Shown: positions 24,425-37,069, counted from the stretch's first letter. The stretch is 43,688 nucleotides of DNA from Chiloscyllium plagiosum (GCF_004010195.1 NC_057718.1:46954091-46997778), one strand, 5' to 3'. A program made the numbers and translations. Notes: generated from the sequence alone by a model not told the origin.

Positions 24425-24775
24425 GTTGATAAAATGTGGAGCTGGAAACGCACAGCAGGTCAGGCAGCATTGGAGCAGGAACATAGACGTTTCGGGTTGG
24501 TACTTTTTATCAGGATGTGGGGTGGGGCGCTGAGAAATAAATAGAGGGAGGGTGTGGGGCAGTAATTGGTGGATGCAGGTAGGGGATTATTGTGATTGGT
24601 CAGTGGGAAGGGTGGAGCGGATAGATGAGGAAGATGGACAGGTTAGGTCCAGTCAAGGAGGTGGGGAAGAGAGGGAAGGCTGGACATGGTATGAGGTTAG
24701 GGGTGGGGAGATTTTGAAGCTGGTGAATTTTATGTTAAGACCATTAAGCTGTAAGCTCTCAAGGCGGAATATATT
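24425..24775 (-). mobile_element. Penelope-like element 3' fragment
   Basis: The minus strand reads IFRLESLQLNGLNIKFTSF (GIY-YIG C-terminus), followed by a pLTR with CTGATAA...CCCGAAACGTC. Confidence 0.75.
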
Positions 24776-26984
24776 TCCATCTATAGAATGTACCTTGCAC
24801 TCCAACAAATACATTCCATTGGGATGGTGGGAGATATTGCAGCATCAGGAGATTTATCATAGCCTGGCTTTGAATTACTAAGCTTCACGTGAAAACAAAA
24901 TCAATGACTGACAGGACACCAATTATAAATGCACATAAACAATAACACAGCCCAAGGTCTATTTGAAGTATAGCTTTGCTAAACCTGTGGCCTTTGATTT
25001 ATTGGTATTCCACCTGCCCCCAAGCATCCTTTCAAAACATGTCTAATCAGTGAGGCCAGAGCTAATATTCAGTATTATTCCATATTCGGTCATTTCCTTA
25101 GTGGTCTTTACCCCAACCAAAAGTGAATCTCCCACGTTCTCCAAGTAGCTTAAATTATTAGCAACCTTTTGCATTACTATTACAATTAAAAATTGAAATA
25201 ATGGATAACACTACAAGTGCCACTACTCCACAGTGAAATATTTCAAAAGGCTACCACATGAGCAAGACACAAAAGGAAACTGTGGTACAGACAAATTTGG
25301 AAATAAAAATTGGAAGATAATGCGCAAATGTATAAAATAATTGAGCACTGATTGAGGCACTTAATCTCCTTTCATTACCATATGTGCCCAAGACAAAGAT
25401 ATTGTGGTTCTCCAGATCAAAGTACAGTAACCATATTCCTGAACAACTGATGAAAACTGCAAGGATATCAGCACTGATCCCTTTATCAAATTGTTCTCAG
25501 TTGAGCTACCCATTGCCAATTACCTTAAAGGCCTACTGAATGGTAGCTGCTTCAGTAGGATACCAGAGGACAATTGGTACTTGTGGATTAACTCAGTTAC
25601 TGTTAAACAACTTCAGAACTAGCCTACAAGCACCTAGCTGCATATGTGCTTTGTGGGATATAATGTTTCTCAGAGGTTAGTATTTAATGGCAACCTCTAA
25701 CTGCCCTCAAGAAGGAGGACAGAAAATTATGAAGTCCCTTTGTTGAAGTACTTTATATAGAGAGAAGAATTCAAAATAGAGGCCATATACCTTCAAATGC
25801 CCTAAAAAGCAGGGAAAAATTAGATTAGGAAAACTTCTGGAAGCAAAAGTCTATTGAGATTTCTGCTGCTAAAACACTCAACTGAAAGAGTCAGTGATTA
25901 GAGCAGCAGTGGGCAAGTCTACAAAGGCATTTGAGCCTGGGCACAAAGTTCCCACAGCTGAGTAGATTGTGACAGTGGCTGGGTACTGGACCATATTAAC
26001 ATTAAAAGTAATCTTCCAATATCCTAAGGAAGGAAAGATCTAGATTGCCAAAATTCCAATGATTAGAGGATATGCATGTCACATTTTTGTCTGTCATTAA
26101 CAGTGAGATCACCTCTCTCAACTACAGATCAACAAAGCCCATAGGCTCATTATTCATTTTTGGGAGAAGGGGAAATGCACATCTGGCAGCGATATCGGCA
26201 CATTGCTCCTAGGTTGCAATTTATTTTCTAATATGTACTATCAGCCTCTTTTCACATCTATGTTCATTTTATCTTCACCCGAGCAAGTTGATCTTTCTTT
26301 TATTCTCCTCAGTTCGGGTACGAGGAAAGGGAGTTATTATTTTACTTTGCTGGGGGAAAAAAAAACTTCTGGAACATTTGGGGAGGCAATGTCCATTGAG
26401 TGAATTTAACTTGATTATTTGTTCTTTAAGGTTTAATTGAAGCCTCATTTTATAAACAAAAATATATTTTAATTGGCTACATTCATTGTTTCCCAGTGTT
26501 ACAAATTCTAATAACTGTGTTTTGATCCCTTGCATGTCAATCCCAAAACAGAGTAAACAAAGTTGGACTTTTTCTTTTAGAAAAGTGCATTGACCAGTTT
26601 GCACGATTGTAAATGGGTTTAAAAAACCTCTAGAATGAAGTACAGGCCATTTATAATGAGAAACTATTAATTTATACATACACAGGTATAATAATCTATA
26701 GATATACACATATACATTCTAATTGAAGCACAACTGCCAGCAACAACAGGCCAGAGCCACTTGATGTGATTTGAATGTGTTTAGATTGCAGATTCCCCAT
26801 ACAAATTGATATGAGGGTGCACTAATAAACTTAGATAATTTGAGTTTATGGATGTGCAGTTAAAAGGATATCTGACCTGAATGACGTTGAGTAAATGAAC
26901 TGGCTTAGGATTTCCAGGAGATATTTGAAGAGATACACTAAGGTACTTGCAGAAAACATGTTTGCAGAAAACATGTTTATAGTG

Positions 26985-27830
26985 TACAGAGTAATGTAGT
27001 GGTATGAACAGATAATTTGCTGTCCAAGAAGGATGAGCATAGGCATACATTGGTCATTTTCTGGTTGACAAAACATTATAAGTGATGTGTTTCAATGATC
27101 AGGGTCACAGTCTTCAGAATTTTATACAAGTCGGATGACGGAACCAAAAGGTATGATTAGATCCAACAAGTCCTCATCGACCCTCCGAAGAGCAACCCAC
27201 CCTGACCCATTCCCCTACGGGCAATTTAGCATGGCCAATTCACCTAACCTGCACATCTTTGGACTGAGAGGGGAAACCGGAGCACACGGACGAAACCCAT
27301 GCAGACATGGGGAGAATGTGCAAGCTCCACACAGACAGTTGCTGAGGTGGAAATTGAACCCGGGTTGCTGGCACTGTGAGGCAGCAGTGCTAACCACTCA
27401 GCCACCATGCCACATGTCAGCTAAATTTGCTGGACGACAAAGATAGGTCAGAAAATATGTTGGGGAAAAGATGACAACAAAGTAGAGATCTGGTAACTTT
27501 GAGTTATAACACAGGAAAATCTGAAAGTGTTCATTTTGACAGGAAGAATAAAAAAGTAACATATTATCTCAACCGCAAGAGATTGCAGAGCTCCAAAATA
27601 GAGGGATCTGGATTTGTAGCACAAGATTTGCAGAAATGTATTATGCAGGTACAGCAAGTCATTAGGAACGAAAATAGAATGTTCAAATTGTGAGAATTGA
27701 ATCCAAAAGTAGGAGGTTGTACCTCAAGTTATACAAGGCAGTGGCTAGACCACATCTGGGGTACTGATGTAAAAGCACTGGAAGCAGTTCAAAAGTTCAC
27801 AGAGGATTGCTTCTCTTTAAGCAGAACCTA
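26985..27830 (+). mobile_element. Degenerate CR1 RT fragment interrupted by a SINE
   Basis: Motifs GHFSGWQ, (SINE insertion) AKFAGR (a decayed FADD), HFDRKNKKVTYYLN, MQVQQVIR and LYKAVARPHL. Confidence 0.75.
27157..27413 (-). mobile_element. HE1-type / V-SINE tRNA-derived SINE
   Basis: Head GTGGCATGGTGGCTGAGTGGTTAGCACTGCTGCCTCACAG...GGTTCAATT, V-domain-like TGTGGAGCTTGCACATTCTCCCC...TCCAAAGATGTGCAGGTTAGG, and a CR1-like tail. Confidence 0.88.
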
Positions 27831-28424
27831 GACTAGGGGTCACTCTTTAGTATGCAATCTTGTACTTCAGAAACGCACTTCAATAATAAAATATGCAGTG
27901 TGCCTGGTTCCACTCATGTCACGATCTTCTCAGATCCTCACAAACCACATTTGGCCTCCTGACTTGACGGCGATGGAAGACTAGGAGATATATTTGGCTG
28001 CAATTATAAATTGTGAAAGAGTTTTTCTGCCGATTGTCCTCAATCTCAGGGATGTCCAGCTTCAAGCAGCTGCATTCTGTACTTTCCCCCACTTTACAGC
28101 AGTGGGACAAAACAACACAAAAGACGTCTCATTCTGCAGATGCAGCATAGTTTCCAAAAGGACACTGCAGTGGTCTCTCTTGGCTAATGCATCTGCAATA
28201 GGTATAAACGTGAGGAGGTGATCAAGTATACTAACCAACTCCAGCTATGACATTCAGAGCTCGAGTCAAGAGTGTTGCTGCTAAGCTATTCTTGATCTTG
28301 GACATTAACAACCCTAAACTCAGTACCTTTTCAGCTTTTGATACCACAGTGCTTCTCAATTTTGAATACAATTTGGAAGTAGTACTTAGCTAAGAGCATT
28401 GTAGGCAATAACATGAGGTGGCAC

Positions 28425-28650
28425 TGAACAAAAACAAAGCATTGGAGAAACTCAGCAACTCTCGCTTTTCTCTCTACAGATGTTGCCAAAGTTAATGTGG
28501 AGTCCAGTAACCCTTTTCAGAACCCATCCAGTACTGAAAGGTCACTGAACTTGAAACGCTAACTCAGTTTTTCTCTCTACAGAAAAGGCCAGATCTCCAG
28601 TGGTTTGTTTTTGTTTCAGATTTCCAGCATCCACAGTTCTTATTGTGTTT
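28425..28650. mobile_element. Decayed PLE-derived pLTR / fold-back remnant
   Basis: GGAGAAACTCAGC...CTGAAAGGTCACTGAACTTGAAACGCTAACTC...TTTCAGATTTCCAGCATCCACAG. Confidence 0.6.
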
Positions 28651-29487
28651 CCTTGCCCAGATTTGAGCTGATTTTGAGGGGCTTCATAGATTTTGAAATC
28701 ATGCAGAGAACACCCAAGTTCACTCCTTCTTCACTACGGCACTGTTCAGCTTCCGCTAGAGGGAAAGGACATTCCCAGAGAAGAAGATAAAAATCTGGGG
28801 ACTAGTCAAAATATGTTATTCTATGAGAACTGCCAAATTTTTGCATGGCATGTCTATGAATAATTCTCCCAATTCTGGCCAAGCACCAAACCAAGAGTGT
28901 TTTTAGGAGTTGACTAGGCATGCTATGTGGTGCGTGAATCAGATGCCTAGGAGTTGATGCCAGATGGTCCACACACTCTTAATTTTATTACAGCAATTGG
29001 GATAGTTGAGTGTCTCACTAGGTCGTCTCAAAACAGAGTTAACACAGGACTGGTTGAGCCACACAAAGCAGAATAGGACAGTTATCCTTCAAGTATATTC
29101 AGGAATTTCACACTACCAGTGTTGACACTACTAACTTATTGCAGATCTATGTAAGAAACTGAATTTAACACCGACTCAAGCTACCATCTTTGAATTTGAA
29201 TGAGCTTTGGATTACCGGCTCAGTAATCAAAACAATGTTAATATTCTCAAAATCAAATCTCTACTCAAGGCTGTCCATTTTCCCTTTCCAACTAAAACCA
29301 ACATCACAGCATGCTCAGTCTCAGTGAGTCCCATCAAGCCAGTTAAACAGTTGAGCATGGAAAAGATCATGTCTTCATATTTTTCTGTATTTCTATTTTG
29401 GATTGAAATGAGAACTGTTTTAAAAATCAAGGATTACAAATTACTGCAGTTTTGAAAGCAATAACCAACTATTACTGAAACCAGCAG

Positions 29488-30196
29488 TGTCATAAGTGTA
29501 GCTTGCAGGTAAGCTGGTGCAAAAGCTTGTGAATACTGAGATTCAATTAGCAATGAACAACTGATTAGTCTGTGGACTAGTAACCAGTTATCCATGAAGA
29601 TCTTCTGCCTGCTAACTACAATTCATTTTAAATAGCTGAACAGTTTGGTGCCTTGAGCAAAACAGAGAGAAGCTACAAGATCAGGAGCTCTCTGCAGTTA
29701 ATGCCACTTTAAGAAAGCCAGTTTATTATTTCTTCTGCAGTTGCTCTTAGCTTTGATTTTCAATTAAGTCAGAGCTTTTTTTATAGGTGTGAACCAGCCA
29801 CCTGTATCTCCTGCAAGCAGTGCAGTATGACGCAGCAATTTGATCAGCACAAGAATTATCTCAGCAGGTCCTGTTTAGAGGACAATGAACTGCTTTCCCA
29901 GATTATGCCCACAAAACCCAAGAATTTTTTTCCATCTCTATGGGTGTATGCGCATGCATGCATAAGGGAGAGGTTTATAAACGGGTTAGAGTTTTAACAA
30001 GTGGAATTTATGCCAATGGATCATTTTATTTGTAGTTAGTTTATTTACTTGTAATAATCAGTAATTTGTGCATTCTTTTTAAAGTATGCAAAGTTTCCCC
30101 ATTTATTGTTGCTTTAGATACAGGTTGACAATCTTTTATGAAGACTCCTCAAACAGTGGGGCTTAATTTCTAACGTATCAAGATTGAGATGTGACA
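29488..30196 (+). mobile_element. Candidate solo LTR
   Basis: TGTCA...TGACA termini about 710 bp apart with LTR-like composition. The TSD is not clean (GCAG vs AAAG). Confidence 0.35.
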
Positions 30197-30949
30197 AAAG
30201 TGGAAGTGGAGATACACTCACCTTTGCAGAACTGGACATGGTGGAGGTGCTAAGTACATGCTATCATTATACTACCTCAATTAATCAAATCTTAAAATAT
30301 TCTCAACTGATATCAGTAACCCCAACAAAAATAACACTAACAAACATTTGTTAAATCAACTGGACTGCAGTTTGAATAGTGACAAATGCACACCCAATTC
30401 TAGAATTGAATCCTTATTCCAGGATCCTGCTCTCTCAAACTACAGCATATTTCAAACTAAAATTAGCTTTTGCTGAAGATATTGAATTTTGATATAGATG
30501 TAGAAGGAGGATGTCTTCAAGTTTCTGCAAATACCTAAAGGTCACTTCTGAAACTTCCGATACTTCATTATATATGACAATCCAATCTCACCTCACTTGC
30601 GCAAAACACTCATGCAAAAATGAAGAGACAATCTATTGTAGCTAACTGAAGGTAATTATAATACCAAAAACATAAATGATTACCTAGTAGGAAAGAATGA
30701 CTGAAATGTATAATACTGAAACAGGAATGGACAAATACCTAAGTAGACCTATGATGAATGCACAGGCAGTGAGGTGCACAACAATTAAATTCAGAGAGCA
30801 CATACTGAAACAACTGAATAGATCCTCTTCTGATCAGTGCACCTCATCCATATTGAACATCTACATGTTGAAACCTAGTGATGGGTATCAGGATTCAGTT
30901 AAGTTCCTGAATGCTACATAAAAAAAAAGTGTTGAACTCCCATGTGCTG

Positions 30950-32350
30950 ATCACTGCTTCATATTCTATTTTTAAATAAATGCTGTTCAAAAGATTAGCA
31001 AAGACCGAATAATCCACATCAGCTGTAACCTACAGAAATCTTTGGACGAAAATGAACAGCTTCTCGTCTGATTAGATTTGCCTCTATCATAACATGCAGT
31101 CAACAGTAGATATGCTATTACTGTAATCTAACTATTTGGTTCTGTAGTATCTGAAAAAATTTCAGCTCCCAGACTGAACTAACACCTTTTCTTGTTAAGT
31201 CCTGTAATGGGCTGGGTGATTGTGGCAAAATCAGGTGTAAATCTGGCACAATCATTCAACTATTTCCAGTTAGCTTCTTACCTCACTTGGGTTGCATGAA
31301 GCACTGATATCCAGGTATGCCAATTATGTATGAAGAATAGCATTTGAAATGTTGCTGAAGGAATTCCATTATTGCGTTGTTCATAACCTTTGCAAAAAAG
31401 ACCATCTACCTGTGTTTGGGAGCTAATTTTAAAGTATTGCGAGGAGGTCAAGTTTCAAAAACTGTGGCTCCACTTGAGATGTATCATTCTTTTGAAGCTG
31501 GACACCATCAGATTCTAATGCTCGTTTGTTATAGGCACGCTGGTTGAATAAGCTTGCACTTACCCCGGTGTCTATCATTTCTTGCACAGTTATAAACAGC
31601 ATGTTCATTTCAATCATCAATGATCTGGATAGATTACAGCATCACATTCATCATTTGTGTTGCATTAGGGTCTGGGTGGAGTGATTATCGCCCTCTAGCT
31701 GTGTTGTTTAGTACATCTTCTGAATTCTTGGATTCCGTCTTCCTTACAGGACAGTCCCATGATTTACAACGACAGGAAACTGCAAATCCATTTTGGTTAA
31801 TGCGCAATGATCTGATTTTACCTTTGAAAGGAAAGGATCCTTTGCGTATTACAATTGGGATCATTTGAAGACGCTGCTATTTTGTTCCTGGAAACTCTAT
31901 ATATACTGTCATAAGACTTTCTGTTTATGGATGTTATAATGGCATGTTTGTTCAATGTCTGAAGTTTGCAAGTCAGAAGTTCCAAATGTTCAGTCTATAC
32001 TCAGTATGTTGTGATGATACTGCATTTGAGAATTCTCATGCATGTTCTAATTCATGAACATTAAAAAGATGCATGCCTAGTGCCTCACTCAGTTTGTCTA
32101 GCTGGCTAAACATTTTGTTTCTTCAGCACAAAGTCTGCTCACAAGTTTCATACAGTTTGCCTCACCTTTTTCTGTTACTGTAATATTAAAAACAGAATGG
32201 CATACTTGTTAGTCCTGTCTGTTATGTCTGAAGCAATCAGAAAACTCAAATCGTCTGAATCCATTTTCTCCTTAAATCCGAGAGGACTGATCAACATCTG
32301 TATCAGCTGGAAAAATGATGGAAATCCTTGTTGCCTTTCCTTGAGGTTTT
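30950..32350 (-). mobile_element. Highly decayed Gypsy-type gag-pol relic in FLVCR1 intron 1
   Basis: Minus strand, in the expected order: gag-like KWI/RRFEF/IASDITDRTNKYAIL (~32200-32270), protease EMIDTGVSASLF (~31550-31585), and RT-connection NDCARFTPDFATIT/PLQDLTRKGVSSVW (~31165-31260). Confidence 0.7.
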
Positions 32351-33299
32351 GTTTTTAAAAGGTATTTATGTTCAGCAAAATTGCACAGAAATGTTCTGGA
32401 ATTGTCCTTTCACAGAAAGTTTTTATTGTTCAAAATTTTTAAGAGAAAATAGAAGACATGTTAAAGCATACACAAATAGTAACAAAAATGGCATCTCAAA
32501 CGAATAGCAGACACCAAATACTTAGTGATGGATTAAGCCCCCAGTTTTCAGAAGTAATATTGGGGGTAAAAAGGGGGGTGGGGGATGGAAGTCAGGAAAT
32601 AAAAGGCCTGAACTGAAATGGTCTCCTTTGCTAAGAACACTAAAGAGGGCATTGCAGGATGACAAAGCTGCCACTGCCCAATGGCATGGGGAGGGCTTCT
32701 GCCAATATACTGTATTCACCAACCACTCAAAAATAACATCCACCAACCATGCCATAATTTCAAAGTGTAGATAAGAGGATGAGATCTGGAAAAATCAAAG
32801 AAAAATCAAAAAGATCAAGTCAAGGGTTATTACACAGACTCAGATCATCAACCATTGAAACAGAGGAAAGAATTTTCACTGAACAAACTGGCTCCAATAA
32901 ATTAAAACCAGCGTTTCAGGAACCGCACTTCCTCAAAGAAAGGGTACACAACTTGTGCCACAAGAGCTGCCAATTTCAGACTGCCTGATGCCAAAAGGTT
33001 AGGCTGCAGTTCACCATAATGATACTTTTCAAGGGGGAAAAAAGGGGCTGTCTTGCGCAACATTTCCCATGTCTTCAGTGATTTCTTAGTCAAGTGAACG
33101 AACGATGGAATGAGACACCAGTTACAAACTTATAAAAAGTGTATTGCAAGACAGGACACCATTTTCTTCTGCCAAGTTCCCTTAACTGTAACTGCCATTT
33201 TTGAAGGTTTCCTGCTTGAATCACTACGTGATGAAATCCACATTGATGAAGTGCATGCGTTTGACTGAGCTACGTGCCCCAGCTCGAAGGGGAGTAAAT

Positions 33300-35120
33300 A
33301 TGCTTTTCTTTAAATGCAGAAAAAATGCTTTATTTGTAAGTTATCTAGAACTAGAGCTGTCGGATGAGCTGGCACCGTGGCCGAAAAGGGAACGCAACTG
33401 AATCCAAGGTAAAGGCAAATTCGAATATATGCGAATACAAAAAAAACTCAAGGCCGCCAATTTCCTTCACGGGGTTCGGGCGGTGTTTTAACTGGAGCTC
33501 CAGAACTACGTACTTTTGACGGTTTGGTGGGGCAAGGGGGGGCGGGAGGATTCGAGGTGGTCGGTGTTCAACCGCGATCGGGTCACGGGGAGAGGAAACG
33601 GCAACAATAACCGAGCCGGCTGCAGTCCTTGGGGAAGCGCGTTTTCCGGAGCACTCGGTAACCCCCCCCCGGGGGGGTGGGTAGAGGGACGGAGAACGGG
33701 ATGGAGAACGGAAAGGCAGCGGAAACGTGCCAAGTGGCGGCGAACCCGCCAACGGGCGGGGCACACCTCTGCAGCGGCGGGAAAGGACGAAGGAGACGGA
33801 GCGCCTCCGGCCCGCCCGTCCCAGCCGCTCACGCCCCTCTGCGGCCCCTGGAGCACCCCAAACCCAAACACCCCCTCCCCAAATTCAGACCCAGCCCCCA
33901 CCCCACCCCACCCCGATGCTCCTTACCTGATTGCCCAGGACGGCGGTGGCACACGCTGTGGATACCTCCTTGGGCCCGAACCACACTGATGCTACTCGAG
34001 AGGGCAGGCCAAGGATGAAAATCTGAGCGATGGAGCAGACCGTCTGGGCGAACATGGTCACTCCGAACAGGTCCTGCCTCACGCTGGCGATTTTAATCCA
34101 GGCTCCGATACAGTTGAGGCCGGAGCCCAGCAGCGCCACAGTCCGCAAGCCCTTCTTGTCGAGCAGCCAGGCGGCGGGGAAGATGAGGGGGACGTAGACG
34201 AGCATGTAGACCACCGAGAGCCAGTCGATCTGCTCGTAGGAGACTTGGTAAAAATGGCAGAAGATGTTGGCGATAATGCTGTACTGGATCCACTGGAAGG
34301 CGTTCACCATGGAGTACAGGCTGAACACGACCAGAATGACGAAACGGTTCCAGTAAAGGCGCGTCTGGATCGGCTTCACATCGCCGGTCAGCATCGCCTC
34401 CCTCTCCTCAGGGGACCTAGCAGTTTTCACACATTTTCCGTCCTGTATAACACCGTCTATATGGCCAGTAATACCGTTTATAACCACTTCTTTACCGCAG
34501 GCGGTAGGTATTGCCTTTGTGACAGGGCACCCAGTTCCATCGGCATCCACCATTGTTAGCTTTTGTTTTATTTATTTTCTTGATACACAAAATATATGGC
34601 TTGTTCAACTTGCTTATAAACTAAAATATATATTTTTATATGTTACACTTTAGATTTTTCGAAAAAAAAGCTTTGAAATTCGCAATTAGGAACACGCACA
34701 ATTCCTGATTGAAGATGTTTCCTAAGCGACTGAGAGCGGCTCTGGGATGCAGCGGTTTATGAAGTCGCCTCGCGCATTCCTGAAAGGTGGGGCGACAATT
34801 GATGCACCTTTGGTCCAATAAGGACTAGGATCATGGGGGAGTGTATGATTGACGCGGGCTCTGTCCAGTTGTCTACCGTAACAGGCGGTGCGAGGCTTAA
34901 TCCACCAACCGGTTTTCAGCATCGGAGGGTAGTACCGACCAATCGAATACAGTGGTAAGGCGGGACCATAAAACGATTGGCACCTCAATCGACCAATTGG
35001 CTGCCGAGCATCGCACCGATGTGGAAAATGCGCAATCTTCGCTAGAGAAAAATTATTTTTTTGAGAATGTCAAAATATTAGCACGGACAAAGGACAAATC
35101 CGCTTGCCAATTGGAGAATT
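33300..35120. promoter_or_regulatory. CpG-rich region spanning the FLVCR1 promoter, exon 1 and start of intron 1
   Basis: GC content and CpG density rise sharply compared with the AT-rich, CpG-depleted introns (judged by eye). Confidence 0.8.
33927..34553 (-). CDS. FLVCR1: FLVCR1 (SLC49A1, MFS choline/ethanolamine transporter) coding exon 1, 209 codons
   Basis: The translation MVDADG...[25 protein letters not shown]...[20 protein letters not shown] carries the FLVCR1-type [17 protein letters not shown] motif rather than the FLVCR2 type. The ATG is in a strong Kozak context (ACAATGG) with an in-frame TAA 7 codons upstream. The donor is CAG|GTAAGG, phase 0. Confidence 0.96.
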
Positions 35121-35460
35121 AAAATTAAATAAAACTTCAGTTTAATCCGATCTGAAAACATAAGAAGCGCAATGGAACTCGTGTCTTGGCTTTCAGTAAG
35201 CCAATTGAAAAATCTGCTGATGTGACATCATTTTTCCGCTATGGTTAGTTTGAAAAAAAATCTTCGAAATGTTCTGTTTAGGATTTTAAACACACCGTAA
35301 GCAGTTTGTATGAAAATATAAAGACATGGTCCACATAAACACGTTTAAATGTTTTAATGGTGTTTTGCCACAAGTTTTTTTTCAAACTGTCGACGTCTAA
35401 AGCCCCTTCCCTTTAGCAAATATATTCACAAAATGGCTGTTGGTCATGTGATTTCGTATC
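34780..35460. promoter_or_regulatory. FLVCR1 proximal promoter motif cluster (CCAAT/NF-Y boxes, GC/E2F-like box, YY1-like site, M-box)
   Basis: CCAAT at 34815, 34939 and 35201; ATTGG at 34976; palindromic CCAATTGG at 34993 and 35107; GGCGGGA at 34959; AAAATGGCT at ~35430; GTCATGTGA at 35443. Confidence 0.6.
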
Positions 35461-35764
35461 CCCTTTGACTTCCCCCAATGGCAAAAATGATTAACAACCG
35501 CTGTTTGTCTGAGAAATATCACATAAGCAAAACTGTAATTCAAGATTACCGTTCTTTTACCGCAGCCAAACGTGAAACAAGGCCTGCAACATAATTTTAA
35601 TGTAAAGTGTTAAAGCTAAATATGGCACACAGAGAATGATAATCTGGTAGGCAATGAATACTCAGATGTGGTATCATTTCAATAATAGCAAGTTTCTCGT
35701 GCTGCTTTTGCAATCGTATGAATTTTTTCCCCTCTTACCCTGAAAAAAATTGATAAAACTACCT

Positions 35765-35895
35765 AAACAGAGAATGCTGGAGAAACTCAACAAGTCTGGC
35801 AGCTTTTATGAAGATAAATAGAACTAATGTTTCGAGTCTGGAATGACGCTTCTTTGTTTCCGATTTCCAGCATCTGCCGTTTTTTGCTTTTATTT
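35765..35895. mobile_element. Decayed PLE-derived fold-back remnant
   Basis: AATGCTGGAGAAACTCAACAAGTCTGGCAGC...TTTCCAGCATCTGC. Confidence 0.6.
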
Positions 35896-36009
35896 GAGTA
35901 AAATTACACATCTTACTACCAGTTCAATACAATTCTGCAACAAGTATGGAAGGAATAAAGAGCCACAGATATATATTTGATGACAAACTTTACATTAGAA
36001 GGCACAAGT

Positions 36010-36780
36010 AGTATCAATGGAAACAGAAAGTTACAAAGGAGCATGACCTGAATAAGTGCACATTTTTAAAAAAAACTGCAGCAAGCAGAATTCAGTGGTG
36101 AAATATGAGGTCATCAATTACAGACCGACGGATGCTTAATGGTAAGAACCCAGGACCTGCGGAGGAGCAAAGAGATTTAGAAGTCCGTGTACAGAGCTCA
36201 CTAAAAGCTACAATGGACAGATGCAAATTGTAATGTATCCAAAGGGGGTTGAAATGCAAAGGAACATGAGTTATGTCTGTCAAGAGTACTGATTGTATCA
36301 CATAAGGTGAGAAATGAGAGTGGACTTTGGGACAGAGATGTCAGAGAGAAGGGGCACAACGTGCACTCATATCACCAGAATGATACATGGCCTTGAAAGG
36401 GTTAAATAATGAGGACAGTAAAAACTAGGCTCTAGCGTCCCTGCCTATAGAAGATTAAAAGATGATCTAAGTGAGGTTTAAGGTGATTAAAAGATTTGTA
36501 GGCTAAATAAAAAATGGTTCCTCTGTTGAGATAGTTCAGAACAAGTCCAATTAGAACGAAGCAAAGAAGCATTTCTTCATAATGGTCATGAAAATCTGAA
36601 ACATTCTTTCTCACAGCTTTGAGACTAGATAAATTGAAAGTCTAATATCAAGATAGATTACTCGTGAAGTGAAAATGTCCAAAATTTGGAGCAAGGTAAG
36701 TAAATTGAGTTCAGGTAGAAATCTAATTAAATGGCATAATGATTGAGGGGCTAAATATTCATCTTCTATTCCAATGTCTA
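36010..36780 (+). mobile_element. Highly degenerate CR1 3' fragment
   Basis: Motifs EEQRDLEVRVQSSLK and GLNNED, with a GAGGGGCTAAAT tail. Confidence 0.6.
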
Positions 36781-37069
36781 TTAAAAAGCCCAAGATATTC
36801 AATGTATTAAATGCAGTATTTGGTTTCATAAGAATATAAGAAATAAATGTTTAGACCATATGGTCAAACATACTCTCCTGTTTACTACAAAAGTAGCTGA
36901 ACACTTACCATGAACTTTACATTGCTGAACTGTCCCAAACCTTATACACAAAAATCTATTGCACCAGCTAGTATTAAATATAATCTTCGGCTGAGTAATC
37001 CCAAGAGAAGAGAATGCCAAAAATTCACAGCCCTATGAAAGATACGTTCCTCCACAGCCTTGATTTTAT

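Noticed and set aside
26947..26976. 15-bp tandem duplication TTGCAGAAAACATGT x2
   Set aside because: This is an ordinary slippage duplication with no further structure.
27340..27413. tRNA-like sequence
   Set aside because: It is the head of a SINE, continues into the SINE body and has no complete cloverleaf.
27900..28330. Short ORFs of 63-75 aa in intron 1
   Set aside because: They have no recognisable domain or convincing splice sites. This may be an old repeat that I cannot classify.
33661..33678. C9-G7 near-palindrome
   Set aside because: Homopolymer runs are error-prone and common in GC-rich regions, and there is no supporting evidence of function.
33885..33926. ORF-track extension of FLVCR1 exon 1 ([13 protein letters not shown])
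   Set aside because: This is read-through past the GTAAGG donor into intron 1.
33351..34018. Several overlapping 110-157 aa ORFs on both strands
   Set aside because: They are low-complexity Pro/Gly/Arg-rich frames, as expected from GC-rich sequence with few stops, and contain no recognisable domain.
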